Shown piece after piece: positions 50,348-61,105 of a DNA stretch of 64,000 nucleotides. Under the pieces are notes generated by a model. The model ran no database searches and was not told the origin of the DNA. It worked only from the letters and a program-made list of their open reading frames with translations. The first letter of the stretch is position 1. Each line of letters opens with the position of its first letter. The DNA comes from an uncultured delta proteobacterium (GTDB taxonomy: Bacteria; Desulfobacterota; Desulfobacteria; Desulfobacterales; JAHEIW01). The DNA is taken from contig CAVPNL010000004.1 in assembly GCA_963706575.1 (NCBI GenBank), positions 192,001 to 256,000 of the forward strand, in the 5' to 3' direction. Both the position numbers and the translations under genes were made by a program.

Positions 50348-51468
50348 TTTATGGGTTTAAAAGTCGCCTTCAAAAACCGGGGCCGATAGAGCCGGGCATC
50401 ACTTGCGGTTTTATTAAAATCCACTGAATTGGCAATATAGGTTATGATAAGCTGATCGGGGGCTTGCGAAAAAATTGCATGCGCCTTGGCGGCGTAACAA
50501 AAAATGGAATTATCCCATTCGGCTTCCGGACACTGATAAAGCCATATCGGATCGCTCCAGGGGCCCTGGGGTTCCGGGGACAGTCGCGCCATAATGTTTT
50601 TCGATAATCCATCCTGGGAATAAACAGCCGCGTATTGCTTTAGCACCGGAAGATAACTTACCGAATACTCATGGGGCATATTGGCGCTCAAGCGGCTGAC
50701 CTGCCTGAAATCCGACACCCAGTGACCGTCGGCATAAAAGCGCCACCGGGAATAGTCGGCCAGCCGGGAAACCGGTACCCGGGCTAAAATCATGTGTTTT
50801 TTCCGATCAGTGCTGCCGGCCTCTTCAGTCGTTCCATAAATATATAAATCATTGTCAATCTGTAAAACTGCCGATCCCCAGAGGATGCTTTCGGAGGCTG
50901 AAAATTTTGACCAGGGAATTCGAGATTGACGGACCCGCCAGGCGGACGGCAATTCCGCGGGATTTTCAACATGGCCCAGCCAGGTCCCGATAACCTTAAA
51001 GTCAAAAACGGCATTTCCTGCGGTTCGCTCGACCTGGATCAAAAAAAGGTACAGTCCCTTTGCAGTCAACACGCCGTCAAACACCCAAAACCACCCCCGG
51101 CCATCGGCCGGTCGTATAAAAGCAGCGGGGCTGCCGTCGCCTGCGCGACCGAAGTGGAAATCCATTTCAGCTTCGGCCGGGCTCCTGCCGTGTTGGATGG
51201 CCACTGAATTATTGACAAGGGTCGCATTCACGTGCTGCCCGTTTTTTAGCTGTCCGATCCACGTATCACCGAAAAACCAGGCAATTGTGTTTTGGTTTAA
51301 GGCAACCGAATAGGCCCCGTCTGCACCGGTCCAACCGTCTTGGTTGGAAAAAAGGGCATCATATTGCGGCAGCATTTCAACTGCGACATTCAGCCCCGGC
51401 TTCCCGCCCGCACAGCATAAAAGCGATACCGCTAAAAGAATGATAAACAGATAGTTTCGTAAGCGCAT
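50344..51468 (-). CDS. DUF4185/DUF5005-like lipoprotein, probable beta-propeller
   Basis: lipobox-like SLLC; GWTGADG, WFFGDT, PQGPWSDP, CYAAKAH, YRPRF. Confidence 0.7.
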   Translation of the reverse strand: MRLRNYLFIILLAVSLLCCAGGKPGLNVAVEMLPQYDALFSNQDGWTGADGAYSVALNQNTIAWFFGDTWIGQLKNGQHVNATLVNNSVAIQHGRSPAEAEMDFHFGRAGDGSPAAFIRPADGRGWFWVFDGVLTAKGLYLFLIQVERTAGNAVFDFKVIGTWLGHVENPAELPSAWRVRQSRIPWSKFSASESILWGSAVLQIDNDLYIYGTTEEAGSTDRKKHMILARVPVSRLADYSRWRFYADGHWVSDFRQVSRLSANMPHEYSVSYLPVLKQYAAVYSQDGLSKNIMARLSPEPQGPWSDPIWLYQCPEAEWDNSIFCYAAKAHAIFSQAPDQLIITYIANSVDFNKTASDARLYRPRFLKATFKPIK

Positions 51469-51513
51469 TTATTTTTCTCTCAGGGATCGGGAAGTTTTTT
51501 CATTCCAAACGCA

Positions 51514-51537
51514 TCATTCCCGCGCAGGCGGGAATGA
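51514..51537. repeat. ATTCCC-N8-GGGAAT palindrome
   Basis: TCATTCCCGC-GCAG-GCGGGAATGA. Confidence 0.6.
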
Positions 51538-52986
51538 CGGAAAAAAACGACCAGTCCTTACAATTAAACGAAAAATTTCACCCGCCAACTTGGTGCCGCC
51601 GTCATAAAGGATAACACCCTTTGGTGTTTTATCCAGGGAATAACCGGTGGGTTTGGTGAAGAGCTGATCTTCAAATACATAGCGCTGGAAATCGTCACTG
51701 AAACGCGGATGGGCGATACGGGCAATCGCCATGGCCTTTTCGCCGGTCGTCAGCCCCCGCAGGTCGGCAATACCGTATTCGGTGACAATCACAACACCGT
51801 CGAAGGCACTGGCGGTTAAACTGATACCGGGCGGATGCATTTTTGTAATTTTTGATTCCCCCCGATGGGTAATGCTTTTGATGGCGATAATCGGCGTGCC
51901 GTAAGCCTCGTCATTTAGCGCCCGAATAAAGTCCGGCTGACCGCCGACCCCACTATAATAGCGCCGGGGATCGATGAAATCCGCCCAGACATTTCCCAGC
52001 AGGTCGACCCCGATGGCCGTGTTAACCGAGATGAAGGGGCTGTTTTTGCGAATGGTTTCCGCCGAGTTGGTATAGGATGAAGGGCGCATTTGAACGCCGG
52101 CGCGCATATGCACAAAGTCATAGAGATCTCTGGAGCCCATGATCAGGCTGGTGGTGCTGTAGCCCAGATTGGCTTTCTTTTTGCGATTGGTAACAATGCC
52201 TTCTTGTTCCAGCAGCATCAACCCGTCACCGTAAAGCTCGGTTTGCACGCCGAGATCCTTATATTGGGCATTGCGGATGGTGCCGACAACCGCATCCGGG
52301 ATTTTGCCGATCCCCACCTGCAGGGTAACACCGTCTTTGATGAAATGGCGGGTGATCAGTTCGCCGATCCTTATTTCTTCAGGCGCCAGGTTTTCAAAGT
52401 CCGGGGCGCTGAAATCATAAACCGGCTTAACCCCCGCCTCGATGATACAGTCAATGGACTGGGCGTCCACCACGCTCTGGCCCTGGGTAAACGGCATCGA
52501 GGAGTCCAATTCGGCGATCACGATTTTCGCATGATCAATGGCAGTATGGAGGGCTTCAACCGATAGCCCCAGACTGAATTCACCCGTAAACTCATTTCGA
52601 GAGACCTTTAACAGAACCACATCGGGTTCATATTTGCGCCCTTTTCCGATTAAGCTGTCCAGATTGGCCAGGGTACAGGGAAGGTAAAATGCGCGCCCCT
52701 CATTGGCCGCCTTGCGAACCTCACCTCCTGAAAAAATCGAATAGGCCATCACCCGATCCTGCAGACCCGCTTCAACATAAGGTACCGGTCCCTGCAAAAG
52801 CAGGTGAACCATATGGATAAAAGGCAGTTTGGGTTTGCGGGACTTTATGGATTCGGTCAGGGCTTCAATCGAGGCCGTCGGGGTGGCGGCATTGGAACCC
52901 AGATAACACACGATTTCGTCTTTGCCTTTAAAGGTTTCGGCAATAATAGCTCCAATTTGATCCAGTGTAATTTTTCGGGGCAGCAT
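51514..52986 (-). CDS. acetyl-CoA hydrolase/CoA-transferase family protein
   Basis: TLQVGIGKIPDAV, LGVQTEL, YSGVGGQPDF, VTEYGIADLRG, IAHPRF. Confidence 0.9.
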   Translation of the reverse strand: MLPRKITLDQIGAIIAETFKGKDEIVCYLGSNAATPTASIEALTESIKSRKPKLPFIHMVHLLLQGPVPYVEAGLQDRVMAYSIFSGGEVRKAANEGRAFYLPCTLANLDSLIGKGRKYEPDVVLLKVSRNEFTGEFSLGLSVEALHTAIDHAKIVIAELDSSMPFTQGQSVVDAQSIDCIIEAGVKPVYDFSAPDFENLAPEEIRIGELITRHFIKDGVTLQVGIGKIPDAVVGTIRNAQYKDLGVQTELYGDGLMLLEQEGIVTNRKKKANLGYSTTSLIMGSRDLYDFVHMRAGVQMRPSSYTNSAETIRKNSPFISVNTAIGVDLLGNVWADFIDPRRYYSGVGGQPDFIRALNDEAYGTPIIAIKSITHRGESKITKMHPPGISLTASAFDGVVIVTEYGIADLRGLTTGEKAMAIARIAHPRFSDDFQRYVFEDQLFTKPTGYSLDKTPKGVILYDGGTKLAGEIFRLIVRTGRFFPSFPPARE

Positions 52987-53219
52987 TTTAATACCTCATA
53001 AAATTTGAAAAAAGACCGTCTCTGCAGACGATGATGGCCCTTTGTAAGGACAAACCGCCCATAAACGACATTCGCTTGAACAGCCATAAAAAGTATAGGG
53101 TGAAAAAGTTCTCTTTACAAGCAATCATCTCAAACGACCTTAATGAATATTATGTTTCTTTAACACTCTAATTGATCGTAAAGATAATGAAAATTCAGAT
53201 GATTTCAAAATGGAGGGGA

Positions 53220-53549
53220 TATAATGCGGCTGCCTGGAGCGCAGAGCTCCGGCAGGAAGGCAAACCTTCCTTGAAAATCGGTGCAGCCGTTGCCAGCGGC
53301 CGGATTATTTTTGGTGTGGTCGGTGATGAATTCCGCATGGAATATACCGTCATCGGGGACGCCGTAAACCTGTCCGCCAAGCTTGAAAAACATACCAAAT
53401 CAGAAGGCGTCCGGGCAATTTGCACCGCATCGGCCTTCAAGATGGCTGTCCGTCAGGGCTATCAGTCAGCGCCGACTATAGAGCACCGCAAATCGCGCAA
53501 CATCGAAGGTGTCGCCCGCCCGGTGGATATCATTGTATTAGCCCCTTAA
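53220..53549 (+). pseudogene. C-terminal fragment of a class III adenylate cyclase
   Basis: LKIGAAVASGRIIFGVVG..RMEYTVIGDAVNLSAKLE present; N-terminal half with the metal-binding Asp residues absent, upstream DNA AT-rich. Confidence 0.7.
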
Positions 53550-53563
53550 AGTTGTTATAAAAC

Positions 53564-53670
53564 AAGTGACTAAAGTTAAGGAATCGCTTTGCTCCATCTT
53601 TTCAAATAAAAATGATAGAATTCCACAACTTTAGGCATTTTAGATCACTTTAGTCACTTTAGCTCACTTG
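53564..53670. repeat. CTAAAGT-unit palindromic element
   Basis: gactaaagttaaggaatcgctttgctccatc...gatagaattccacaactttaggca then tcactttag units. Confidence 0.8.
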
Positions 53671-53793
53671 CCTTTTAGAGCCTTAGGAATATGCATGGCA
53701 GGCACCCTATAAGCAGGTGATAAGTTTATGGAACCACCACTATAAATCTATATAAATGGCCAGATTGCAACTGCCTAAAACAACAGCTTTTTC

Positions 53794-53822
53794 TTGACGC
53801 GCCAGTCAAAAAATAATACCAT
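53794..53822 (+). promoter_or_regulatory. sigma70-type promoter of the pilin cluster
   Basis: TTGACG-N17-TACCAT. Confidence 0.5.
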
Positions 53823-53913
53823 CTAGAGTGGTTTCCCGGCATAACCATGGCCAGGAATCTGCTTAACCATTCGTAAAGAACCCCGAAGCCAGGTCTTTTT
53901 AAAGGGAATTTGG

Positions 53914-54405
53914 ATGCAACGCAAGCAACAGGGCTTTACATTGATTGAAATCACTGCCGTTCTGGTGTTAATGGCCATCATCTCCGCCTATGTCATCGGG
54001 CGATCGGTGAATACCGAACAGATTGATCTCGCCGCTCAAACCGACAGGATCCGAAACCAGATCCGGTATACGCAGGCAGCGGCCATGAAACAGTACGATA
54101 AGACGTTACAGGTCTGGGGATTAAAATGTAACGCAGACCCCAATCAATACTGGCTTTTTGAGGGCCAGAATCCGAATGACGTTTTAAGGCAGAGAAAATT
54201 TCCGGGAGAGCAAAATTTAAAAATCTCTTTGGCTGGCCGGGGCGTCGACAATATGACCGCCTTTACGCTTCTCTTCGATCGATTCGGAAGGCCCTATCAG
54301 GATTCACTCAGTACACCCCTGAACAGTCCATTACCGATAACCGTCTCAGCTGCCGGTCAGACACGAACCCTCCAGGTAAGCCCGGAAACCGGGTTGGTGC
54401 AATGA
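53914..54405 (+). CDS. minor pilin/pseudopilin (FimT/GspH/MshC-like)
   Basis: QQG|FTLIE; IRYTQAAAM, FDRFGRP, VSPETGLV. Confidence 0.85.
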   Translation: MQRKQQGFTLIEITAVLVLMAIISAYVIGRSVNTEQIDLAAQTDRIRNQIRYTQAAAMKQYDKTLQVWGLKCNADPNQYWLFEGQNPNDVLRQRKFPGEQNLKISLAGRGVDNMTAFTLLFDRFGRPYQDSLSTPLNSPLPITVSAAGQTRTLQVSPETGLVQ

Positions 54406-54878
54406 CGTATTTAAAATCTATGAAAATCGACTCAAAGGGCTTTACGCTTGTAGAAATTATCGTCACTATTGTGGTGGCCGGTATCCTGGGCGCTATTTTT
54501 GTGCATCTGATGGGCACTGCTCTGAATGCCAGCTGGAATTCGGTGGAAATTGTGCGCGATGAAGCTGGCGGTGAAGGCGTAATGGAAGAGATCATCGCGG
54601 ATTACGTTGATGAAATGAACAGTGATCCGGATAATGCATTAGACACACTTGTAACAAATAATAGTAATCCACTTAAGAAATACGGTGAAAATGTGACGAT
54701 GCAGTATATCGTGTTCGATGGAGCTGGAAATGAGGTCGCTGCGGGATCGAGCGACAACTTAAAAGTTATAATGAAGTCACCGGGTTCAATTTCACCGGCA
54801 ATAGCGGGGCGTTATCCGCTGACGACCATTTTGACAAAAAGCAGAACGACAAATAATGACCAGATCGTTATTTATTAA
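54402..54878 (+). CDS. minor pilin/pseudopilin
   Basis: SKG|FTLVEIIVTIVVAGILG. Confidence 0.85.
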   Translation: MTYLKSMKIDSKGFTLVEIIVTIVVAGILGAIFVHLMGTALNASWNSVEIVRDEAGGEGVMEEIIADYVDEMNSDPDNALDTLVTNNSNPLKKYGENVTMQYIVFDGAGNEVAAGSSDNLKVIMKSPGSISPAIAGRYPLTTILTKSRTTNNDQIVIY

Positions 54879-55380
54879 AATACGGCCAACAATCCGGCCG
54901 CAAAAAGGGTTCACCCTGGTGGAGCTGATCGTCACACTTGTGCTGGTGGGGATCATCGGCACTTTTACCACCCTTTTCATGTACACCGGTCTCAACGGCT
55001 ACCTGCGAGCCAAGGATACATCCGAGGGCGCACTGAAGGCTCAAATCGCGCTTGATCGCATCAGCCTGGAATTGAGAGATATCAATAATATCTCTGCTTT
55101 AAACCCGGATACGAATATTGACTATACCAGCGAAACATTACCCGGTAACCGTAAAATAATCTTAAACGGCAATAAAATTGACCTTGATGTCGATGGCAAT
55201 GCGAATACGTTGTTGGATTCAGTTGTCAGCTTCGATCTGGAGCCAACTTATACGGATTTAAACCATTACGCCGACGGTGACCTGGAAGTCGGATCAATCG
55301 AGATCAGTTTTACCGTTGGAGAAATCCAAAGGCCTTTCAGCGTCCGGATATTTCCGAGAAATATGGTCGCCAAACCCTGA
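54856..55380 (+). CDS. minor pilin (PilW/MshO-like)
   Basis: QKG|FTLVELIV; ALDRISLELR; IFPRN. Confidence 0.85.
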   Translation: MTRSLFIKIRPTIRPQKGFTLVELIVTLVLVGIIGTFTTLFMYTGLNGYLRAKDTSEGALKAQIALDRISLELRDINNISALNPDTNIDYTSETLPGNRKIILNGNKIDLDVDGNANTLLDSVVSFDLEPTYTDLNHYADGDLEVGSIEISFTVGEIQRPFSVRIFPRNMVAKP

Positions 55381-55461
55381 AACTGTTTTTTTTACTCCGG
55401 CTGTTTTTTACCTTGAAAAAACAAAACAATGCAGCCCTGATAATAAAGACCATTATTAATA

Positions 55462-58400
55462 ATGCGATTTCAAAAACCATCTGATCGATTTTTTAAGCGT
55501 TTGCATAGTAGACGGCCATTAAATCCGGCCGGCAATGTGCTGATTTATGTTGTGGTTTTGATGCTCATCTTCGGTGTTCTGGGCGTCGTCATGGTCTCGC
55601 TGTTCACATCTACCACTGCCAGCACGGTCACCCGCAATGATTCCCGCCGGGCGCGCTACATGGCCGAATCCGGCATGCGCTATGCCTTCAGCGAGATGCG
55701 CAAGGCCGATTTTGATCTGAATCATATGATCAACACCCTCAATACTATCACCTATAAGATCGGCGCCACGGAAAGTTTCAGCATCAATGTATTCAGCCCG
55801 TGGATGGATTCCAACAGAACCCAGTCTTCGCCATCTGATGGGCCCCTGACACTCCTTGTCCCGATAGGCGAAATTCCGACCGGCTATATCATTCCGCCAA
55901 ACAACATCTATGCAATCAACTATGAATTCACAGGAACTACACCGACAGAACCCGGCGGCGTGGCTGAAATTTCAAGTGTTGCCGGCCAAACGTTGACAAC
56001 GCTGGATCTAAATTTAAGCCAGGTCTTTAATGCCGGTGAAGACGAGCGGATTTGCTTCGCGGTTAAGCCCACGGTAGACCGGGTTGTTACCGATGGTGGG
56101 GACTTATATATCGCACCGGAAGCAGAAGGAGTTTTTCCCCAGGTATGGAGGTGCATTCAGCATCGGGCGAAATGAATATTTTTACGAAGAACTAATCGAC
56201 GATCCGGACAATAACAGGGTCATTCTCACGAAATTTATCGAAAAGACCGGATGCCGTTTGGGGAATAACAGCGACCACATCCGATTATGTTATTTTATCC
56301 CCCCGCAATTACCTCGTGGTGCCCACCGGCACATCTGACGGCACCGTTTACGGCGGTGATTATCTTTTCGGAAAAGGCATTTATGATGCCTCTTTGATCC
56401 GGCCCGGTTCCCGCAAACCGGATATTACGGCTGAAGATTTGGTTTCCAATTTGAGCGAGCAGGAAACCGATACCCGGTTTTTCGAAACAAACCTGGTTGA
56501 CTATGAGCTTGAAATCGGCGGCGGGACCAGCGATGAATTCGGATCCGCATTTTTCGATGCCAACATGTCCGTCGGCGGCGACCAGAACTATTGCGCCCAG
56601 GGTGCCTGCCTGTTTAATTTAGGAATTCGGGCATTTTTTCTGCTCGATTTCAGCCAACAGGGCGACGGCATAACATTTACTTTGCTCAGCAAGGGTTTCG
56701 GTGGGCTCGGCCCCCCCAACAACAGCGCTTCTTCGGCGGGCGGTGATTTCGAGCTGAGCGAGCTGATGGGTTATGCCGGAGACAGCCGACTGGATGCCGC
56801 CGGCACCACATTTTTAGCCTCTGATCCGGACGATCAGGGTCTGGATCCGCCTAAAATCGCTGTTGAATTCGACACCCGAACGAACAACAAGGTGGGTGAC
56901 CCCCCACCGGATTATTGCGTCGATGCCAGCAACGCCAACAGCGATACTCGAAACGATCCGCTTATCGGCAATAAAGATGCTGTGCAGTATGTATTCTGGG
57001 GACGAACCAGCTTCTTAAACATTCCTTGCCGGGACAACAACATCTTATATGACGACAACCGCCATGACGCCGATGGTGAAGAACCAACGGAAGAGTGGCG
57101 CTTTGAGGGCGCAAGCGCCTCATATTCGGTGTGGCGCCCGGCCATAGGTCCGGACGGCACGATCTACGTGTCGGCATTAGATGCCACCCTTTATGCGCTG
57201 AATAAAGACGGATCTCAAAAATGGACTTTTAACCTGACGGATGATAACGAGTACATGCCGGGGGTGGATCCCGTAACAGGAACCGTCTATTCAGACATTT
57301 TTGGCAGCTCTCTTGTTGCCATAAACCCGGATGGTACGGAAAAATGGCGGTTTCTCATTGTACCCAGTTCAGACGTGGGTTCTACACCCACCGTTGGGCC
57401 TGACGGGGTCATCTATTTCGGAACAGACAATTCACAGGAACTTATTGCGCTTAATCCAAACGGCACGGCAAAGTGGCGGTTTCCCACTATAGGAGCGGTG
57501 GACAATGTCCCGGCGCTAAACTCAGATGCCTCGGTGGTTTATTTTGTGGCCACGGACCCGGACACGTTAAACAATGATGCGATGTTATATGCGCTTAACA
57601 CCGCTGATGGATCTTTTCGGTGGCGCTACCCCCTTGTTGCAGAGAACAATGAACTCACCTCGTCTCCCACCGTCGATACCAAGGGCACAGCCAATCCAAA
57701 TGATGATGTCATCTATGTGGGAGATGATGACGACTATGTTTATGCTTTCAAGCCCGCCGTGCGCCTCACTGATCCCAATGCTGCGGCACCCTTACCACTC
57801 GGACCGGGCGAATGGCGGTTTCGCACCAACGGCGAAATTGAATCCTCGGCGGCTGTGGATCCGGACGATGGCACCATTTACATCGGATCGGATGACGGCA
57901 ACGTGTGGGCAATTAATCCCAATGGTACCGAAAAGTGGCGCTATGACACAGGCGCTGAAGTTGAATCATCACCGCTTGTCGATCTCGATGGAACCATTTA
58001 TGTTGGATCTACCAATGGTAGATTTTTCGCGCTCAATCCGAATGGTAATCTAAAATGGGCTTTCCCAATACCGCCGTTGGGGCCGGTGGGTTCAATACCG
58101 GGTTCTCCAGCTCTGGGATCGGACGGCTTTATCCATTTTGGTTCGAATGATTCGAACTTTTATACCATCAGCCAGTTTGCAGATCCCAGGAACTTTAAAG
58201 ATGAAGATAAAAGTGCCGGCAAGCTAATAACATTTGAAGATCTGGATTCAAGCGTATCTGTGGACAGCAACAACGATTGGCTAAACGGTGCCGGCGCAAA
58301 AGGCTCCTGGGCCGTCCGGCTGGAAGTGGACCGGTCCCTTGTTCCCAATGCGGACGGGGAGTTTGACTACGAGCTGCGTCTATGGATGAGACAGTGCCCT

Positions 58401-58676
58401 GATCAGAATGATTTCCCGTGCAGCAATATCCTGGGAACCTTCTATCAGGACACTCGCATCGCATATGATTATACCGCTGTTCAAGACCTGCCCATGCGCC
58501 AGCGCTTTCGCCTCAGTGGTGTCGAACAGGACGCTTTTGAGCGCTTCTTTTTCGGCTTTACCGGCGCAGCCGGAGCAGAAGCGTTGGAGGCCACCATCAG
58601 TCAATTCCAGTTGAGTTTTATCCGCCCCGGCGATCCGGTGGTCGATTGCGAGAACGATGCTGCCAGATGGCCTTGA
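55462..58676 (+). CDS. PilX-like N-terminus fused to L-type lectin and PQQ-type beta-propeller, about 1070 aa after correcting two +1 frameshifts near 56140 and 56232
   Basis: G|NVLIYVVVL lacking Glu5, RARYMAESG; GDGITF, IAVEFDT, GFTGAAG; repeated P..GPDGTIY.G...ALNPNG..KW.F. Confidence 0.78.
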
Positions 58677-58755
58677 GAAGATTCACCTCCGTTGCCGGGT
58701 TGTACACCGGGGCTTTAATTTATTCTGTGAAATAACTGCTCCACTACAAAGATAA

Positions 58756-58788
58756 TAAAGCCCGCTGAAATATCAGCGGGCTTTTTTT
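58756..58788. terminator. intrinsic terminator between convergent genes
   Basis: AAAGCCCGCTGA-AATA-TCAGCGGGCTTTTTTT. Confidence 0.85.
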
Positions 58789-58812
58789 GCTTGCAACAAT
58801 TTCAATCTGCCA

Positions 58813-60270
58813 TCAACCGGGATCCGATTTGTGCGGCTTATCTGATTTGGCAAAATGGGTTTTGAAGTATTGCTTAAATGCCATGATCGCATACTGGGTG
58901 GCACGGATACCGATGTATTTCTCGTGGGCCACGAGCACCGATAGGATGAGTTTGCCATCCCCTGCTTTATCCTGCGCGTAGCCGACAAACCAGTCATATT
59001 TGACATCGTCGGTCTTATTGTTGATGGTGCCGGTTTTCCCGCCGATCTCTAAACGGGAGATTATTTTATCCCGGCGATACCTGCGAACCGCGCCTCTCAC
59101 CGTGCCGGATCGGGTGGTGGCTGTCATCAGTTCATGCAGCGCATTCGATGTATCCGGCGCAACGGCCTGATTGATGGTGGTGGGTTGGCTGCGATACAGC
59201 TCGAGCCCGTTTTCGCCAACGATCCGATCAACGATGGTGGGCTCGATGAGTTTGCCGCCGTTGAATATCGTTGCTGCGATTAAAGCGCCGTGAACCGGCG
59301 ACATCTTTGTCTGCCGGTTAAATCCGCTGGCGATCTCCGCCCACTGGTAGGGCTCATCGGTAATGACGGTCTCACTGGGGGATAAAGCGATTTCAAAATT
59401 AATCGGGTGGTTAAATCCAAATGCCCGGGCATAGGATTCCAATTCGTCCTTTCCCAGATGCAGCGCCCCGAGTTTGCCGAATACAGGGTTTACCGATTTG
59501 GCAAAGGCATTTTTCAAGGATATTTTGTTGGTATATTTGTTTGATTTTTCTTTGAGTTGCGATCGGTAAAGCGTGTGTCTGCGGCCGTTAAATTTTAGCT
59601 CTGAGTCCAGACGGAGGTTGCATTTTTCAATGGCCGCCGCTGCGGTGATGATTTTAAAGATGCTGGCAGCCGGAAAGGCGCTTTCAGTGCACGGATTTTT
59701 CGAAGGATCGGTTTTGTCATAGCCCACCATGGTCAGAATACGGCCATCTTCCGGGTCCATGGCAACAATGGCAATCTGGCTTGAATTTTTTCGGTCTAAT
59801 TTTTTGATCAGATAGTTTTGCAGGGATGGATCAATACTGGTTTGCACCAGCAGGCGTTTGCCGTTTGCCTGAACCTCAAAGGAATTGTCCAGTAAATTTG
59901 TAATCTGTCGGCTATCGATAAGATGCTGGATGTCATCTTTGTTAAAGGACATCGATGCCTCAGTCTTAGGGGAAGGTGTTTGGCGGTCGACGACTTGAGG
60001 CGTCTCTTTGGGGTTGTCGGGAAACGATCCGAAAGATCCGCTAATGGAGAGATAAACCATAACAGAGACGGCGATTAAAGGCAGAATAAATTTTAAATAC
60101 CTCCGGATAAATTGTTTCTGAGCGGTATTTCTTTGCGCCCGCTGCAGCCGGCCCTGATATGCCCGCCAGCTTGAACCGGGCATCGTTGTGATCCGAGATT
60201 TGGGTTTTAAAAACATGTTTCCGATCCAGTAGCCATTACCATTAGGTGACATCCCTGTTTTTCGTGGCAT
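58813..60270 (-). CDS. penicillin-binding transpeptidase-domain protein (start uncertain)
   Basis: TM anchor; SIFK (SxxK), SVN, KTG motifs. Confidence 0.88.
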   Translation of the reverse strand: MPRKTGMSPNGNGYWIGNMFLKPKSRITTMPGSSWRAYQGRLQRAQRNTAQKQFIRRYLKFILPLIAVSVMVYLSISGSFGSFPDNPKETPQVVDRQTPSPKTEASMSFNKDDIQHLIDSRQITNLLDNSFEVQANGKRLLVQTSIDPSLQNYLIKKLDRKNSSQIAIVAMDPEDGRILTMVGYDKTDPSKNPCTESAFPAASIFKIITAAAAIEKCNLRLDSELKFNGRRHTLYRSQLKEKSNKYTNKISLKNAFAKSVNPVFGKLGALHLGKDELESYARAFGFNHPINFEIALSPSETVITDEPYQWAEIASGFNRQTKMSPVHGALIAATIFNGGKLIEPTIVDRIVGENGLELYRSQPTTINQAVAPDTSNALHELMTATTRSGTVRGAVRRYRRDKIISRLEIGGKTGTINNKTDDVKYDWFVGYAQDKAGDGKLILSVLVAHEKYIGIRATQYAIMAFKQYFKTHFAKSDKPHKSDPG

Positions 60271-60384
60271 ATCTGGATATTATCATAAATATATATACAA
60301 AAAAAGCTGTAATTTCGTGGGTATACTTTATCGTTGGGATGGTTTAAAGACGTTGCCAGGTCTGAGAAAGCACGTTTTGGCTTG

Positions 60385-60747
60385 AACTTATCTCAATAAT
60401 GTGGATCCGGGCTCATGACCCCGCGAAAGCGGGATTATAAGTCCAATCTTAAAAAATTATTGTATGCATCAAGGCGCGGGGCGGCGAAAAAGCGGAGCAA
60501 CAAAATCGTGGCTGGAAGCCACTCCCACTTTTATTTATTATCACAATGTCCTCTGTTTCATGCCTTTAAGGCAATTGTGGGAGCGGCATCTTGCCGCGAT
60601 CAATGAGTCCCGCCAGCGGCGGGAAGCCGAGTCGATCAACGCTTTGATGTTCATAAAAAAAGATTGAAATCCCGCCTTGGCGGGGCAATCCCGCCGCAGG
60701 CAGAACCAATGGGTGCTTAGTCTGCTGGAGGCGGCTTGAGATGAGTT
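60385..60747. repeat. composite element with AACT(T/C)ATCTCAA ends containing a REP doublet and CCCGCC..GGCGGG hairpins
   Basis: aacttatctcaa ... ttgagatgagtt; 60483-60604 matches 45952-46074 inverted. Confidence 0.7.
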
Positions 60748-61006
60748 TCAAATAGAGTGCTTGAGTTATACGGGAGATAACCGGAAAGATGGGTTCGCTG
60801 AATTGTCTGCCAAAATGAATTTGAAAAACGTTAAAATCTGTAAAGGTACGTTTTATTATTTTAAAATCGCACGAAAGATTAAAAGAAGATCATCTTTGTT
60901 GCAGAAATTATCATTACCCAGAGCACGAGCGAGATGGGTAAGCCGAAAATCATTCCTCTAAAGAGCGTATGCATCGCTCATATCCTTTGAGAATTCAAAC
61001 GCTTTT

Positions 61007-61105
61007 TCAGTCGTCCTTTTCAGGTTTACCGGTCAGAAGCATATATAAAAAAAATGCCAGACCGAAACCAATTAAACCAAAGCCGATAAAAACCATATTG
61101 TCCAA
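61007..61105 (-). CDS. 32-aa single-TM small protein, not in the ORF track
   Basis: GGAGG-N7-TTG; MDNMVFIGFGLIGFGLAFFLYMLLTGKPEKDD. Confidence 0.55.
   Translation of the reverse strand: MDNMVFIGFGLIGFGLAFFLYMLLTGKPEKDD

Noticed and set aside
53848..53863. TGGCCAGGAATCTGCT as a sigma54 promoter
   Set aside because: GG-N10-GC spacing is right but the other positions match poorly, and a sigma70-like promoter lies just upstream
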